Shown here: piece after piece, positions 1-8,533 of the stretch | How the letters are laid out: each line of letters begins with the position of its first letter | Position numbering within the stretch: position 1 is the first letter of the stretch | Assembly (NCBI GenBank): GCA_050951545.1 | Contig: JBMNJG010000011.1 | Coordinates: forward strand, 64,001 to 128,000 | DNA length: 64,000 nt | Source of the DNA: Limnochordia bacterium | GTDB lineage: Bacteria > Bacillota > Limnochordia > DTU080 | Reading direction: 5' to 3' | Translations under genes and position numbers: made by a program | Notes under the pieces: model-generated | Seen by the model: the letters and a program-made list of their open reading frames with translations, nothing else | What the model was told of the DNA's origin: nothing | Database searches by the model: none

Positions 1-572
1 GCTACCTGCCAGAACTGCTCCACCTGCTCAGGTGTAAGAAACTGCATCTGCTTCTTTGGCACCTTTGGACGATCCACGGCGGCAGCTACGTTCTGCGGTA
101 CCATATCCCACCTGTGGGCTTGCCTAAGAGCACGATGCAAGACAGCATGAATGAACTGGACACTTCGTGGCGACAGCCCCTCTTCGAGCTTGCGTGAGTA
201 GAGCTGTTGCAGGTGAAGAGGCGCGAGCTTGTTAAGGCGCAGGTGGCCAATCTCAGGGTTTATGTGCAGGCGAACGAGCTGTTCGTACCTCTCGTAGGTG
301 GTATCCTCTATGGTTGGCCTGGCAGTATCCTCCAACCATCTTGTCATGTACGTGGCCACGGTGAGCTTCTCCATGTCTGGCGGTAGGCCAGTGCTTGGGT
401 CCTGCTTCAGCTTTTCGAGCTTCTCCTGCACTTCGGCCTTCGTCTTGCCGTAGACGGTCTTGCGTATGCGCTTGCCTTGGGCATCGTAACCAAGCGAGAG
501 CTTACCCTCCCATCGACCGTCATCCCTCTGAGAGATCGACCCTTCTCCCCTTCCTCTGCGAGCGCGGGCCAT
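1..572 (-). CDS. int: Tyrosine recombinase/integrase, N-terminal part (continues beyond window start)
   Basis: Manual translation from ATG at 572 (RBS AAGGGGAG): MARARRGRGEGSISQRDDGRWEGKLSLGYD...TVATYMTRWLE...RLNKLAPLHLQQLY...SVQFIHAVLHRAL. This matches the arm-binding and core-binding domains of ICEBs1-like integrases. Not in the ORF track because it runs off the edge. Confidence 0.93.
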   Translation of the reverse strand, partial: MARARRGRGEGSISQRDDGRWEGKLSLGYDAQGKRIRKTVYGKTKAEVQEKLEKLKQDPSTGLPPDMEKLTVATYMTRWLEDTARPTIEDTTYERYEQLVRLHINPEIGHLRLNKLAPLHLQQLYSRKLEEGLSPRSVQFIHAVLHRALRQAHRWDMVPQNVAAAVDRPKVPKKQMQFLTPEQVEQFWQV

Positions 573-608
573 GGCTCATCTCCCCTTCCTGTCAGTCGCG
601 TTTGCAAC

Positions 609-1475
609 CTACTTCGTTGCTTTCGTGCTAGCCCTACGGCGGTGCTTGGCAACCTGCACCTTGTTGTTACAGGCGCGATTACAGTACTTCGCGCGCTTGT
701 TTGCGGGGACAAAGACTCTACCACAACCAGGGCACTTGCGGATGCGATGCGGCGCTACCATATCTAGGACGGTGCGAAACCTTATCCAATCGAGCAGCGA
801 GCGGCACTGCCCACCCAATTCCCACTTACTAGCGTCCTTGTCATACACTGGGGCAAGCTGGCATCCGTGTAGGGTGAATAGGCGGCATACTTCCGGTGCC
901 TCCCAGGTGTTGCCTTCCTCTGCCGCGCGAACGGCCCGGTCCACGTCACGCTGATAGGCTCCCGCCGCGGCACAGAAGGTTTCAAGCGGTTCGCAAAACG
1001 TGTGCAGGTACTTGCCTGAGGGGTTCACTCCCTCAGGGGAGGGTCTGTAACGTTCGCTTAGATACCATCCGGAGCAAGGCCGGTCTTCGAATCCCTTGGG
1101 TGGCTTTTTTTCCTCAGCAAGGAATGGCTCCAGATTGCGGTACTCAGGAACCTCCCAGAGTCCAAGCAACCCCCACTTGTTGACGAACTCTAATATGGCG
1201 TCCCTACTAGAAAGATCAAGCCGCGCCAAGTGCATGTGTGGAGTGCTTTGGTAGGCGCTGTCCTCGTCGCGGTATGCCCCTTGAATTGCTGGAAGTTCCC
1301 CTTCGTGAAGAGGGTCATACCATTCCAGTTCGGATTCCTCCAGCGCCGTGATGACAGGCACGGTGGGTTCATGTGATTCGGGTGGCTGCGGTTCCTCAAC
1401 AATCTCATACTGCAAACGCCACCAACTATCCCTCCTTTGGAAAGCATCTCTCCCCTGTTCCTCGGCTTCGAACAT
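609..1475 (-). CDS. CGNR/ABATE-like zinc-finger protein
   Basis: C-terminal CPGCGRVFVPANKRAKYCNRACNNKVQVAKHRRR fits a CxxC..CxxxC CGNR-type zinc finger. Start taken as ATG 1475 behind GGGGTGA. Confidence 0.7.
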   Translation of the reverse strand: MFEAEEQGRDAFQRRDSWWRLQYEIVEEPQPPESHEPTVPVITALEESELEWYDPLHEGELPAIQGAYRDEDSAYQSTPHMHLARLDLSSRDAILEFVNKWGLLGLWEVPEYRNLEPFLAEEKKPPKGFEDRPCSGWYLSERYRPSPEGVNPSGKYLHTFCEPLETFCAAAGAYQRDVDRAVRAAEEGNTWEAPEVCRLFTLHGCQLAPVYDKDASKWELGGQCRSLLDWIRFRTVLDMVAPHRIRKCPGCGRVFVPANKRAKYCNRACNNKVQVAKHRRRASTKATK

Positions 1476-1528
1476 CCCTATCACCCCTGCCATGCAGTGT
1501 CGCCGCATTCGGCGCGATGTAAGCTGTG

Positions 1529-1564
1529 TGTAATCTTTACAGGTTACATCCCCTGTCCTATAGT
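1529..1564 (+). promoter_or_regulatory. SigA-like promoter of the xis operon overlapped by a palindromic operator
   Basis: TTTACA(1536)-17 bp-TATAGT(1559). Imperfect palindrome TGTAATCT-ttac-AGGTTACA (1529-1548) covers the -35. Confidence 0.6.
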
Positions 1565-1619
1565 GTAGGCGAGACGTGGCTATTATGCAAGCGCACGAAC
1601 AAGGAAAGGGGTTAAGCCA

Positions 1620-1877
1620 ATGAGTGACGCGAAGCAGCGAGACGGACTAACGACAGTGAGAAAAGCGGCTGACTACCTGGGGCTATCGAGGGCGGCGGTG
1701 TATCGCTTAATGGACCGCGGTGACTTGCCATATGCCAAGTTGGGATATGCCAGGCGAGTGCGATGGGCAGATGTGGAGGCCTACGTAGAGGCAAGCATGG
1801 TGCGGCGTCGATGGGTAGCTGGCATGTTGAGCAACGACAACAACGACAAGCGCCACCGTGGCAAGCGGTGGCGCTAG
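1620..1877 (+). CDS. xis: Excisionase-family HTH (HTH_17) DNA-binding protein
   Basis: LTTVRKAADYLGLSRAAVYRLMDRGDLPYAKLGYARRV; divergent from int. Confidence 0.88.
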   Translation: MSDAKQRDGLTTVRKAADYLGLSRAAVYRLMDRGDLPYAKLGYARRVRWADVEAYVEASMVRRRWVAGMLSNDNNDKRHRGKRWR

Positions 1878-1888
1878 GAGGTGCCTTC

Positions 1889-2494
1889 ATGGAGACACGA
1901 CACACTACTAGTTTACCACAGACGAAAGCCAATGTGCACCTGTTCGCTGCCATGCTGCAGAACGGCGCACCTGAACCCGTAGCTGAACGCGTAGTCATGG
2001 ACCTGTTGCGCCAAGAGACCGGTGCCAGCGAGACGGCCCGGAAGGACGGTAAGCAGCGCCTTATCCATGTGGCTGAATGCCTGGCCCGGTATTTCGTACC
2101 GCGGCCTATTATTCGCGAGATTCTGACTGAGCTAGAGCAGCAGCATGGCCTTCTTCTAGGCGATAAGGAGCTGCAGAAGCTTATCACGGCGGCGATCACG
2201 GCGACAGGTGAACCCGACGAACCAAGACGGCAACCGGTTCCCCTGGCGCTGGAGCTGAATGCCCCTCCTGACGGTTGGAGGCGGCATGTCATTCTAGGAG
2301 CTACGGGCGATGACCGTCACAAGACGATTCGTTCTCTGGCAGGAAGCCTGTTGGCCCGGGGTGTCGATCCATACGTTACCGCGGCATTGGTGACTGCTTG
2401 GGCATGGATGCGATGTGAGCCACCTGTTCCTGCTAACGAGGTGCTTGGCATCGTCAATTGGGTCGCCAAGCGCCATGCAGAGGGGGTGGCGTGA
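1889..2494 (+). CDS. Primase C-terminal (PriCT-1-like) domain protein
   Basis: RBS AGGAGGTG before ATG 1889. GDDRHKTIRSLAGSLLARGVD...CEPPVPANEVLGIVNWVAKR resembles PriCT-1. Confidence 0.72.
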   Translation: METRHTTSLPQTKANVHLFAAMLQNGAPEPVAERVVMDLLRQETGASETARKDGKQRLIHVAECLARYFVPRPIIREILTELEQQHGLLLGDKELQKLITAAITATGEPDEPRRQPVPLALELNAPPDGWRRHVILGATGDDRHKTIRSLAGSLLARGVDPYVTAALVTAWAWMRCEPPVPANEVLGIVNWVAKRHAEGVA

Positions 2495-4242
2495 TGCAAG
2501 AGCTGGACGGACTGGATGCATTGGCCAAAGCGAAGGAGCAGCAAGACGACGAATCCGCGAAGGGCAAGCCTACTCAAAGGGAACTGCTGATTGAGATTGC
2601 CAAGACAGCGGAGCTATGGCACACGCAGGACTTCGAGCCTTGGGCGACTGTAACTTGTGATGAGCATCGGGAACATTGGCCCGTGATGTCTAGCGGCTTT
2701 AGGCGATGGCTAGAGGCGACCTACTACGCACAGCACGAGAGCGGCCCATCGAGCCAGGCAATGACCGATGCACGAAACACCATTGCCGCGATGGCTTGCT
2801 ACAGCGGCCAGCAGCACGAGGTGTTTATGCGTGTAGGTGAGGTGCAGGGGCGCATCTATATCGATCTAGCCAACGATGCTTGGGAGGCGGTGGAGGTTAC
2901 GGCCACAGGCTGGCGGGTGGTGTCGAATCCTCCTGTGCGCTTTCGGCGGGGGCGTGGCGTGGCTCCTCTCCCCCGTCCTGTGGCGGGTGGCAGCATTGAA
3001 GAGCTTTGGCCTTTCGTCAACGTACCAGATGATGAACAACGGGTAATGGTTGTATCTTGGTTGGTAGCGGCCCTGCGGCCTACAGGTCCCTATCCTGTGT
3101 TGATTTTGCAGGGCGAACAGGGTTCGGCGAAAAGCACAACAGCGCGCGTCCTACGTTCGTTGGTAGACCCGTCAAGCGTATCGCTAAGGACGGCACCGCG
3201 GAACGAACAAGATTTGGCCATACATGCTAACAACGCATGGGTAGTGAGTCTTGACAACCTTTCAGGTGTTCCTGTGTGGCTGTCGGATGCGATTTGCCGC
3301 GTGGCAACGGGCGGCGGTTTCGCTACTCGGGAGTTGTACACAGATGGCGAAGAGGCCCTGTTCGACTACCAGCGGCCCGTGATTCTTAACGGCATCGACG
3401 ACGTTGCTACCCGCCATGACTTAGCAGACCGTTCGCTGAATCTGGTTCTACCACCCATCCCCGATGCTGAAAGAAAAACCGAGGCAACCTTCTGGCGAGA
3501 TTGGGAGCTTGTTCGCCCGCGGGTATTTGGTGCGTTGCTTGATGGCGTATCGACTGCGCTTCGGCGGGTGGATTCTGTCCACCTGCCGCGCAAGCCGCGC
3601 ATGGCTGACTTTGCGGTGTGGGCAACGGCAGCAGAGGAGGCTTTCGGGTGGCCCGAGGGCACAGCGCTTAAGGCGTATGCCGAGAACCGCGCCGAAGCGG
3701 TAGAGCTAGGGATCGAGAGTGACGCAGTAGCCTTCACTGTGTGCGAGCTGTTGAAGCACAAACCGGACGGCTTCGAGGGCACCATGACCGAGCTGTTGGA
3801 TGAGTTGGAAGACCACGCGAGCGAGAAGATGCGAAACGCCAAAACGTGGCCCGGTTCGGCCCGGAGTCTGTCTAACCGGTTGCGGCGGAGTTCTACGGCT
3901 TTGCGACAGGTTGGCATTAATGTTGACCTGGACAGGCGCGCCGGCGACAAAAAGGGGACCCGACTTGTGAGGATAGATAGTACCCACAAAGTAGCGTCAG
4001 ACACGTCAGATGCGTCAGATGTGGCCCCTAAAGGCGATAACAACGGGGTTTCTGCGTCTGACGCAACGTCTGACGCAAACCCATCATCGAACATACTTGC
4101 GTCAGATACATCGTCAGACAGGAAAAGCCCTTCGTTGCGCGGTTTACAAGGTATGTCTGACGCAACTGACACATCTGACGCAAGAAAACACACACTATCT
4201 GCCGCGGAGGGGAATAAGGCTTCGGAGGTGTTCGAGCTATGA
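2494..4242 (+). CDS. P-loop ATPase, putative replicative helicase of the element
   Basis: Walker A GEQGSAKST, Walker B-like VSLDNLS, TGGGFATRELYT and RPVILNGI motifs. ATG overlaps the previous TGA. Confidence 0.8.
   Translation: MQELDGLDALAKAKEQQDDESAKGKPTQRELLIEIAKTAELWHTQDFEPWATVTCDEHREHWPVMSSGFRRWLEATYYAQHESGPSSQAMTDARNTIAAMACYSGQQHEVFMRVGEVQGRIYIDLANDAWEAVEVTATGWRVVSNPPVRFRRGRGVAPLPRPVAGGSIEELWPFVNVPDDEQRVMVVSWLVAALRPTGPYPVLILQGEQGSAKSTTARVLRSLVDPSSVSLRTAPRNEQDLAIHANNAWVVSLDNLSGVPVWLSDAICRVATGGGFATRELYTDGEEALFDYQRPVILNGIDDVATRHDLADRSLNLVLPPIPDAERKTEATFWRDWELVRPRVFGALLDGVSTALRRVDSVHLPRKPRMADFAVWATAAEEAFGWPEGTALKAYAENRAEAVELGIESDAVAFTVCELLKHKPDGFEGTMTELLDELEDHASEKMRNAKTWPGSARSLSNRLRRSSTALRQVGINVDLDRRAGDKKGTRLVRIDSTHKVASDTSDASDVAPKGDNNGVSASDATSDANPSSNILASDTSSDRKSPSLRGLQGMSDATDTSDARKHTLSAAEGNKASEVFEL
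3994..4181. repeat. Iteron array (GCGTCAGA / TCTGACGC), putative replication origin
   Basis: Ten copies arranged 3 forward (3994, 4003, 4012), 2 reverse (4057, 4069), 2 forward (4099, 4111), 3 reverse (4156, 4165, 4174). Confidence 0.8.
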
Positions 4243-4673
4243 CACCCATGCAGTTGCTGATGGAGTGTAGACGGCGTGGCATCGAGCTATCGGTAAACGG
4301 CGACAAGCTCCGCGTGGTAGCTAAGAAGGGCACCATGACCGACGAGCTGCGGGCGGCCTTGCAGCAGCACAAGGCTGCGCTTATGGAGCTGTTGCGTGGG
4401 CCAACAGACGAAGACATAGCTGAGGCCATGCAGCAGCTAACCGCTAGAGGTTGGGCACTGATGGATTCGGCTGCACTAGGTGAGCAGGTGGCGCTATGCA
4501 AGGACGTGGCGACCGCCAGACAACACCTAGCCAGTGGCACGGTAGCCTTCACGTTGGAGGAAGCCCTGTCAGCCATTGATGCGAACCTGTCAGTAATCGA
4601 GCTGCACGCCGTCGTCAAGGCAAAGCTGCTGCTAAACGGGACAATGACAGGCACTAGGGAGGTGCAATCATGA
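4239..4673 (+). CDS. Hypothetical protein with TubC N-terminal docking-like domain
   Basis: LLMECRRRGIELSVNGDKLRVVAKKGTMTDELRAALQQHKAALMELL; ATGA overlap with the helicase gene. Confidence 0.65.
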   Translation: MTPMQLLMECRRRGIELSVNGDKLRVVAKKGTMTDELRAALQQHKAALMELLRGPTDEDIAEAMQQLTARGWALMDSAALGEQVALCKDVATARQHLASGTVAFTLEEALSAIDANLSVIELHAVVKAKLLLNGTMTGTREVQS

Positions 4674-4852
4674 GGGAGAGGCGCTACGAAGTCCGAGATA
4701 GTTTCGGCAGGTGTCCGGAGTGCGATAGGGCTTCATTCCGACGGCGGGAACGTTACGACAAGCTACGGGACAAGCTGCGGATCGAGCAGCGGTGTCTAGA
4801 CTGTGGCCATAGGCGCTTCAGCGTCAAGGAGGGGGTGCCAGCATGGCTGTAA
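4670..4852 (+). CDS. Small zinc-ribbon protein
   Basis: RBS GGGAGGTG, ATGA coupling, CPEC...CLDCGH motifs. Confidence 0.6.
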   Translation: MRERRYEVRDSFGRCPECDRASFRRRERYDKLRDKLRIEQRCLDCGHRRFSVKEGVPAWL

Positions 4853-5120
4853 CCTATGCGTGTCCAACATGCAGGCGTTCGTTGACCGTGTACGTTGGCA
4901 AGAGGAAACCTGTCTGCACTCGTTGCTGCAAACCCATGGAACGCAAACCGAAGCGAAAGGCAAAGACGGCGTAGTTGCCAGCCAGCCTCGCGCGCGCGCG
5001 TACTGGTCTGCAAACCCCGCGTGTGGCGTTGTGCAAACCAGCCTCGCGCGCGCGTAGGTGTGCCATTCGCGGCACCTAAAACCCCTCTTGATAAAATTAT
5101 ACAAATCGGCCTGCACACTT

Positions 5121-5149
5121 TAGACTGATATTTTCTGGCCAGCTATAAT
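5121..5149 (+). promoter_or_regulatory. SigA-like promoter with no convincing downstream ORF
   Basis: TAGACT-17 bp-TATAAT. Confidence 0.5.
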
Positions 5150-5637
5150 GCATGACGGCTGCATGTGTAAGAAGGGGGGGTGGGGGGGCGGGGGTACCCT
5201 CCTGCTTGCCCGTGTCACGTTGCGTGCCACAACGGGCGAAACCGCGACACCATACGTGCCAAGACTGGCGAAGGCATCCCTGCTGCAGGCGTATCATCAC
5301 ACCAGCGGCACGAGGAGGGCCCTATAAGCGACGCAAACCCTGTACGGGTGTATTTGTACCCGCCACCTGTCTGCGCGGCTAAACAGGGCCTTAAAACGCC
5401 TCGCCAAACACTCCCGCCTTCCTTGGGTTGATTTACGACCAATAGCTTTCGGGAACACCAAACCAAGCGCTTCACGATGGGCATTAGCAGGTGTGGTCTT
5501 CTACGACCAAAGTACGACCAATGGGCAAGAAACGGGCATGAAAGCACGGACGCAGAGAGAATCCAGAAATGGCCTTAAGCGCAGGTAGAGTACGGTATGG
5601 AACGTGTATAGACGTTGTGGGAAAGCAATCCAACCGA

Positions 5638-5683
5638 ACTTTTAATCCGGGTGTCCAGGGTTCGAGTCCCTGCGGGCTCACCA
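5638..5683 (+). other. att core: 3' half of tRNA-Lys(UUU), not a complete tRNA
   Basis: ACTTTTAATCCGG anticodon loop, T-arm CAGGG-TTCGAGT-CCCTG, acceptor end CGGGCTCACCA. No 5' acceptor strand or D-arm upstream. Confidence 0.85.
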
Positions 5684-5685
5684 AG

Positions 5686-5727
5686 AAAAAACACCTCCAC
5701 GAAGCGGTTTTCGGGAGGTGTTTCTTG
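5686..5727 (+). terminator. Terminator-like hairpin after the tRNA fragment
   Basis: AAACACCTCC...GGAGGTGTTT stem followed by a T-rich run. Confidence 0.7.
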
Positions 5728-5781
5728 TTTGTTGGGGGTGATCCAAACGGCGTTTTACGACCAAAGTACGACCAATAGAAT

Positions 5782-6050
5782 CTAGCGAGCGCCTTTCTCC
5801 TTGCCGAAAAGCTCATCGAGTTTGGCGGCGGCATCCCTCTGCAGTGTGGGCATGACGTGGCTGTAGGTGTCCAGGGTGAGGTTAATGCTAGAGTGGCCCA
5901 GACGTTCCTGCACGATCTTGGGGTGAACCCCCTTGGCGAGAAGCAACGTGGCAGCGGTGTGGCGCAGATCATGAAAGCGAATGTCGGGAAGCCCGGCTTC
6001 TTTCAGCAGAGGTTTGAACGAACGACGCACTAGATTCTGCTTGCGGATAG
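5782..6050 (-). pseudogene. int: C-terminal catalytic fragment of a second tyrosine integrase, truncated by IS3
   Basis: IRFHDLRHTAATLLL...VQERLGHSSINLTLDTYSH (HxxR, H and Y catalytic motifs). The N-terminal part is absent on the far side of the IS. Confidence 0.9.
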
Positions 6051-6076
6051 CGCGCTAACCCCCTATAATTGGACAC

Positions 6077-7010
6077 CTAGAGCCGGATAGCGGTTGGTCT
6101 CGCAGTATTGCTCACACATGCTTCATGGTACTCGGCCGGGGGTACATCCCGCAAGGAGCCGTGAAGCCTGCGGTGGTTATAGTAATCCATGAATTCAACG
6201 ACTGTCACGTAGGCCTCAGCGAAGCTGTTGAACTCGTACCGGCTGAAGCATTCATCTTCCAGTATCGAGTGAAAGGCTTCGATGTGGGCGTTTTTGTTCG
6301 GAGTCCTTACTGGTATGCATTCATGCTCCAATCCGAGTCCCTCGCATGCTGCTTGGAAGCGATGGCTCACGAATTGCGGTCCGTTATCCGAGCGGATAAT
6401 CACGGTAGCATCGCCAGTCTCAGTAGCTCGGCGCTGGCAGGCCCCCTGAATGCTTGCAGCGGCTTCCTCGGCCGTGCAACTGAGCCCAATGTGATAGTCG
6501 AGCACCATGCGATCGTACACATCTATCACCGTCTGTACGAAGAAGAAGCGACGTTCTTCGGCAATGTAACCATACTTGATGTCAGTCTCCCACAGCTGGT
6601 TGATACCTGTGATTTCCCTGTTCGTGGCTACCTTGCGTTTCGCAAGGCGAGGCCGCAATCGACGTTGAGTCTGCTTGATTCTGAGCCCGTGCTCTCTCTC
6701 TAACCAGCTCGTCAGCTTGCGATAGCCATAGGGGCAGCCGTCGCCGCTGATGGCAGCCAAGAGAAGCTCCTTTATGCACTCGTCACTAACGATCTCGCCT
6801 TTCGTGGTGAAGGAGAATCCGGGAATTGGTCGCCCACGCGAGCCGCCTTGCTTTCGCTTTTTGCCTCCTTTCGGGTTTTGGAGGCGCCAGTAGTACGTTG
6901 AGCGCGAAACACCCGCGAAGCGTAGAACCCAAGACACTGGGTAGCCTTTTGCGATCCATTTGTTGGCTACCTCGAGACGCTCATCTAAAGATGGGTCCCC
7001 TTTTCTCGAG
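6077..7010 (-). CDS. IS3 transposase OrfB (DDE/rve domain), probably reached by frameshift
   Basis: WETDIKY, RSDNGPQF, NAHIEAFHSILEDE, YNHRRLHGSL motifs; overlaps the orfA end at GAAAAGGGG. Confidence 0.88.
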
Positions 7011-7298
7011 GTCACGCAAAATGGCAATCTTGAGGTCTTTCTCGCCCAGAAGGCGCTTAAGCTGGTCGTTCTCCCGCTCAATCCCCTGCGTACGTGGATC
7101 AGGCCCCCCGCTAGAACGCGAGCGCTCTAGCGGGGAGGTAAGGGCGTCAACACCATGCTCTTTGTAGCTTCTGGCCCATCGGTTTACGACTGCGGGGGCG
7201 AGTCCGTAACGTCTGGCCACAATACTCCCGGTGGCAGTTTCGATAGCCTCCTGAACAACTCGGACCTTGAAACCGACATCGTACTTTTGGCGGCTCAA
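6981..7298 (-). CDS. IS3 transposase OrfA (HTH)
   Basis: TTG start behind GGAGGGAG; KYDVGFKVRVVQEAIE..VARRYGLAPAVVNRW..ENDQLKRLLGEKDLKIAIL. Confidence 0.85.
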   Translation of the reverse strand: MSRQKYDVGFKVRVVQEAIETATGSIVARRYGLAPAVVNRWARSYKEHGVDALTSPLERSRSSGGPDPRTQGIERENDQLKRLLGEKDLKIAILRDLEKRGPIFR

Positions 7299-7665
7299 GA
7301 TAAACGCTCCCTCCGTCTTTTCAAGCGAGAGGCGAAGGGGGTGTGACACGGTTTCAGCTCGCCTCCCCCGGGGGAGGCGAGGACCCAACACCCTTCTTCC
7401 ATACCTTACCGTATCTGGTCCGATTGTCCAATTCCATTAGGGGGCCTAAGAGGACCAACTCTCGGGTAGGGTTTCCGGTAAGTGTGCCCATCGTGCGGAT
7501 GCCTACCGTATGCAGAGAAATCCTCGTACGTGTCAATGTTGAAAGCCGTGTTCTGCGTCGCCGATAGATGACAGCTCCAGACTTTGGCCCGGAGCTATTT
7601 CCTTGGTTGGGCAACGTAAGATAGGAATATGAGCACACAACTGAAACTAAGAATTATGGTAGACA

Positions 7666-7983
7666 GTGAGCAACAAGCAGCAGGTGAAGCTGGCCAGGGA
7701 AGGAAGATCTCAACTGCGACGGTTAGGAAAACGCTTTTTGGCAGGGCTTGTCAGTCGCCGAAATGTGGGTTATGATGAAGAACATGAAACGGCAGAGGGG
7801 AGGGAGTCCCTGGTGGCTGAGTTGATCGAGAAGTTCCGCCGGGTACAGTTGCCGCCACATCAGGAAAGAGGGATGGGGCTTCAACCCAACTGGAAAGACG
7901 CTATAACCAAGGAGTTCGCAGAGAAAGTGTTCGACGCTGCGCAGAAGCACCGTGACGCTATCAGAGAGCTCGAGAAGCACTGA
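7666..7983 (+). CDS. Putative antitoxin of the Doc toxin (true start may be GTG ~7812)
   Basis: Lies directly upstream of doc. Tail EFAEKVFDAAQKHRDAIRELEKH resembles the C-terminal helix of Doc-associated antitoxins. Confidence 0.55.
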   Translation: MSNKQQVKLAREGRSQLRRLGKRFLAGLVSRRNVGYDEEHETAEGRESLVAELIEKFRRVQLPPHQERGMGLQPNWKDAITKEFAEKVFDAAQKHRDAIRELEKH

Positions 7984-7996
7984 TATTAGTGCTCAA

Positions 7997-8500
7997 ATGA
8001 GTGCGGTTTACCTACCCCATGTTCTTTTCATCCACTTTGTCGGCATCGACATAGTGTTCGAAGGGTATGGTTCTCCGAAGGAAAGCCGTGGGCTTCGCGG
8101 TAAAGGTGAACTCCTGCAATCTGCTCTTGCTCAACCCTACCAGACTTTTGGTGGGGTTGAGCTATATCCCAAGACCTTAGACAAAGCCGCCGTCTTACTC
8201 TTCGGGCTGACTAACAACCATCCATTCGTGGACGGTAACAAGAGGACAGCGCTGCTTACTACAGCTACATACTTACTGCAAAACGGGTATGATATTAGGG
8301 CAACTGAAAAGCAATGGGTAAGGCTGATGCTTGAAGTGGCCTATGGGAAATCGCAGCGAGGTATCCGTTTATGGTTGAAGAAGCATACGATCTTGATTAA
8401 GGATTTGTCAAAACATAAGGTGCTCGATCCGAAACTGGCAAAACGCAAGGTGACATTCCTGGAGGCTTTTGTGAGGTTTCTCGGTAGAGATCGTCAATAG
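7997..8500 (+). CDS. doc: Doc/Fic family toxin (death-on-curing)
   Basis: LQSALAQPYQTFGGVELYP and Fic motif HPFVDGNKRT. Confidence 0.92.
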   Translation: MSAVYLPHVLFIHFVGIDIVFEGYGSPKESRGLRGKGELLQSALAQPYQTFGGVELYPKTLDKAAVLLFGLTNNHPFVDGNKRTALLTTATYLLQNGYDIRATEKQWVRLMLEVAYGKSQRGIRLWLKKHTILIKDLSKHKVLDPKLAKRKVTFLEAFVRFLGRDRQ

Positions 8501-8501
8501 G

Positions 8502-8533
8502 ATGCCCCGGGCCCTGACTGTCCGGGGTTCCTA
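8502..8533 (+). terminator. Terminator-like hairpin after doc
   Basis: CCCCGG...CCGGGG stem right after the stop codon. Confidence 0.5.

Larger units (their letters stand above)
1..5683. mobile_element. Small integrative element / phage-satellite-like island (left end outside window)
   Basis: int, divergent xis-PriCT-helicase operon, iteron array, arm-type repeats and a tRNA 3' att core at 5638-5683. No capsid, terminase or conjugation genes seen. Confidence 0.85.
5434..5775. repeat. Integrase arm-type binding repeats TACGACCAA flanking the att core
   Basis: Copies at 5434, 5502, 5513 (left of core) and 5756, 5767 (right of core); tandem pairs have an 11-bp period. Confidence 0.8.
6053..7451 (-). 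mobile_element. IS3-family insertion sequence (ends approximate)
   Basis: Imperfect inverted ends CTAACCCCCTATAATTGGACA / TGTCCAATTCCATTAGGGGGCCTAAG; orfA/orfB layout. Confidence 0.88.

Noticed and set aside
3366-4193. 275-aa minus-strand ORF with SD repeats
   Set aside because: Antisense shadow of the helicase gene; its repeats come from the palindromic iteron array.
5600-5683. Complete tRNA-Lys gene
   Set aside because: No 5' acceptor strand or D-arm upstream; only the 3' half (att core) is present. The same applies to 9020-9060.
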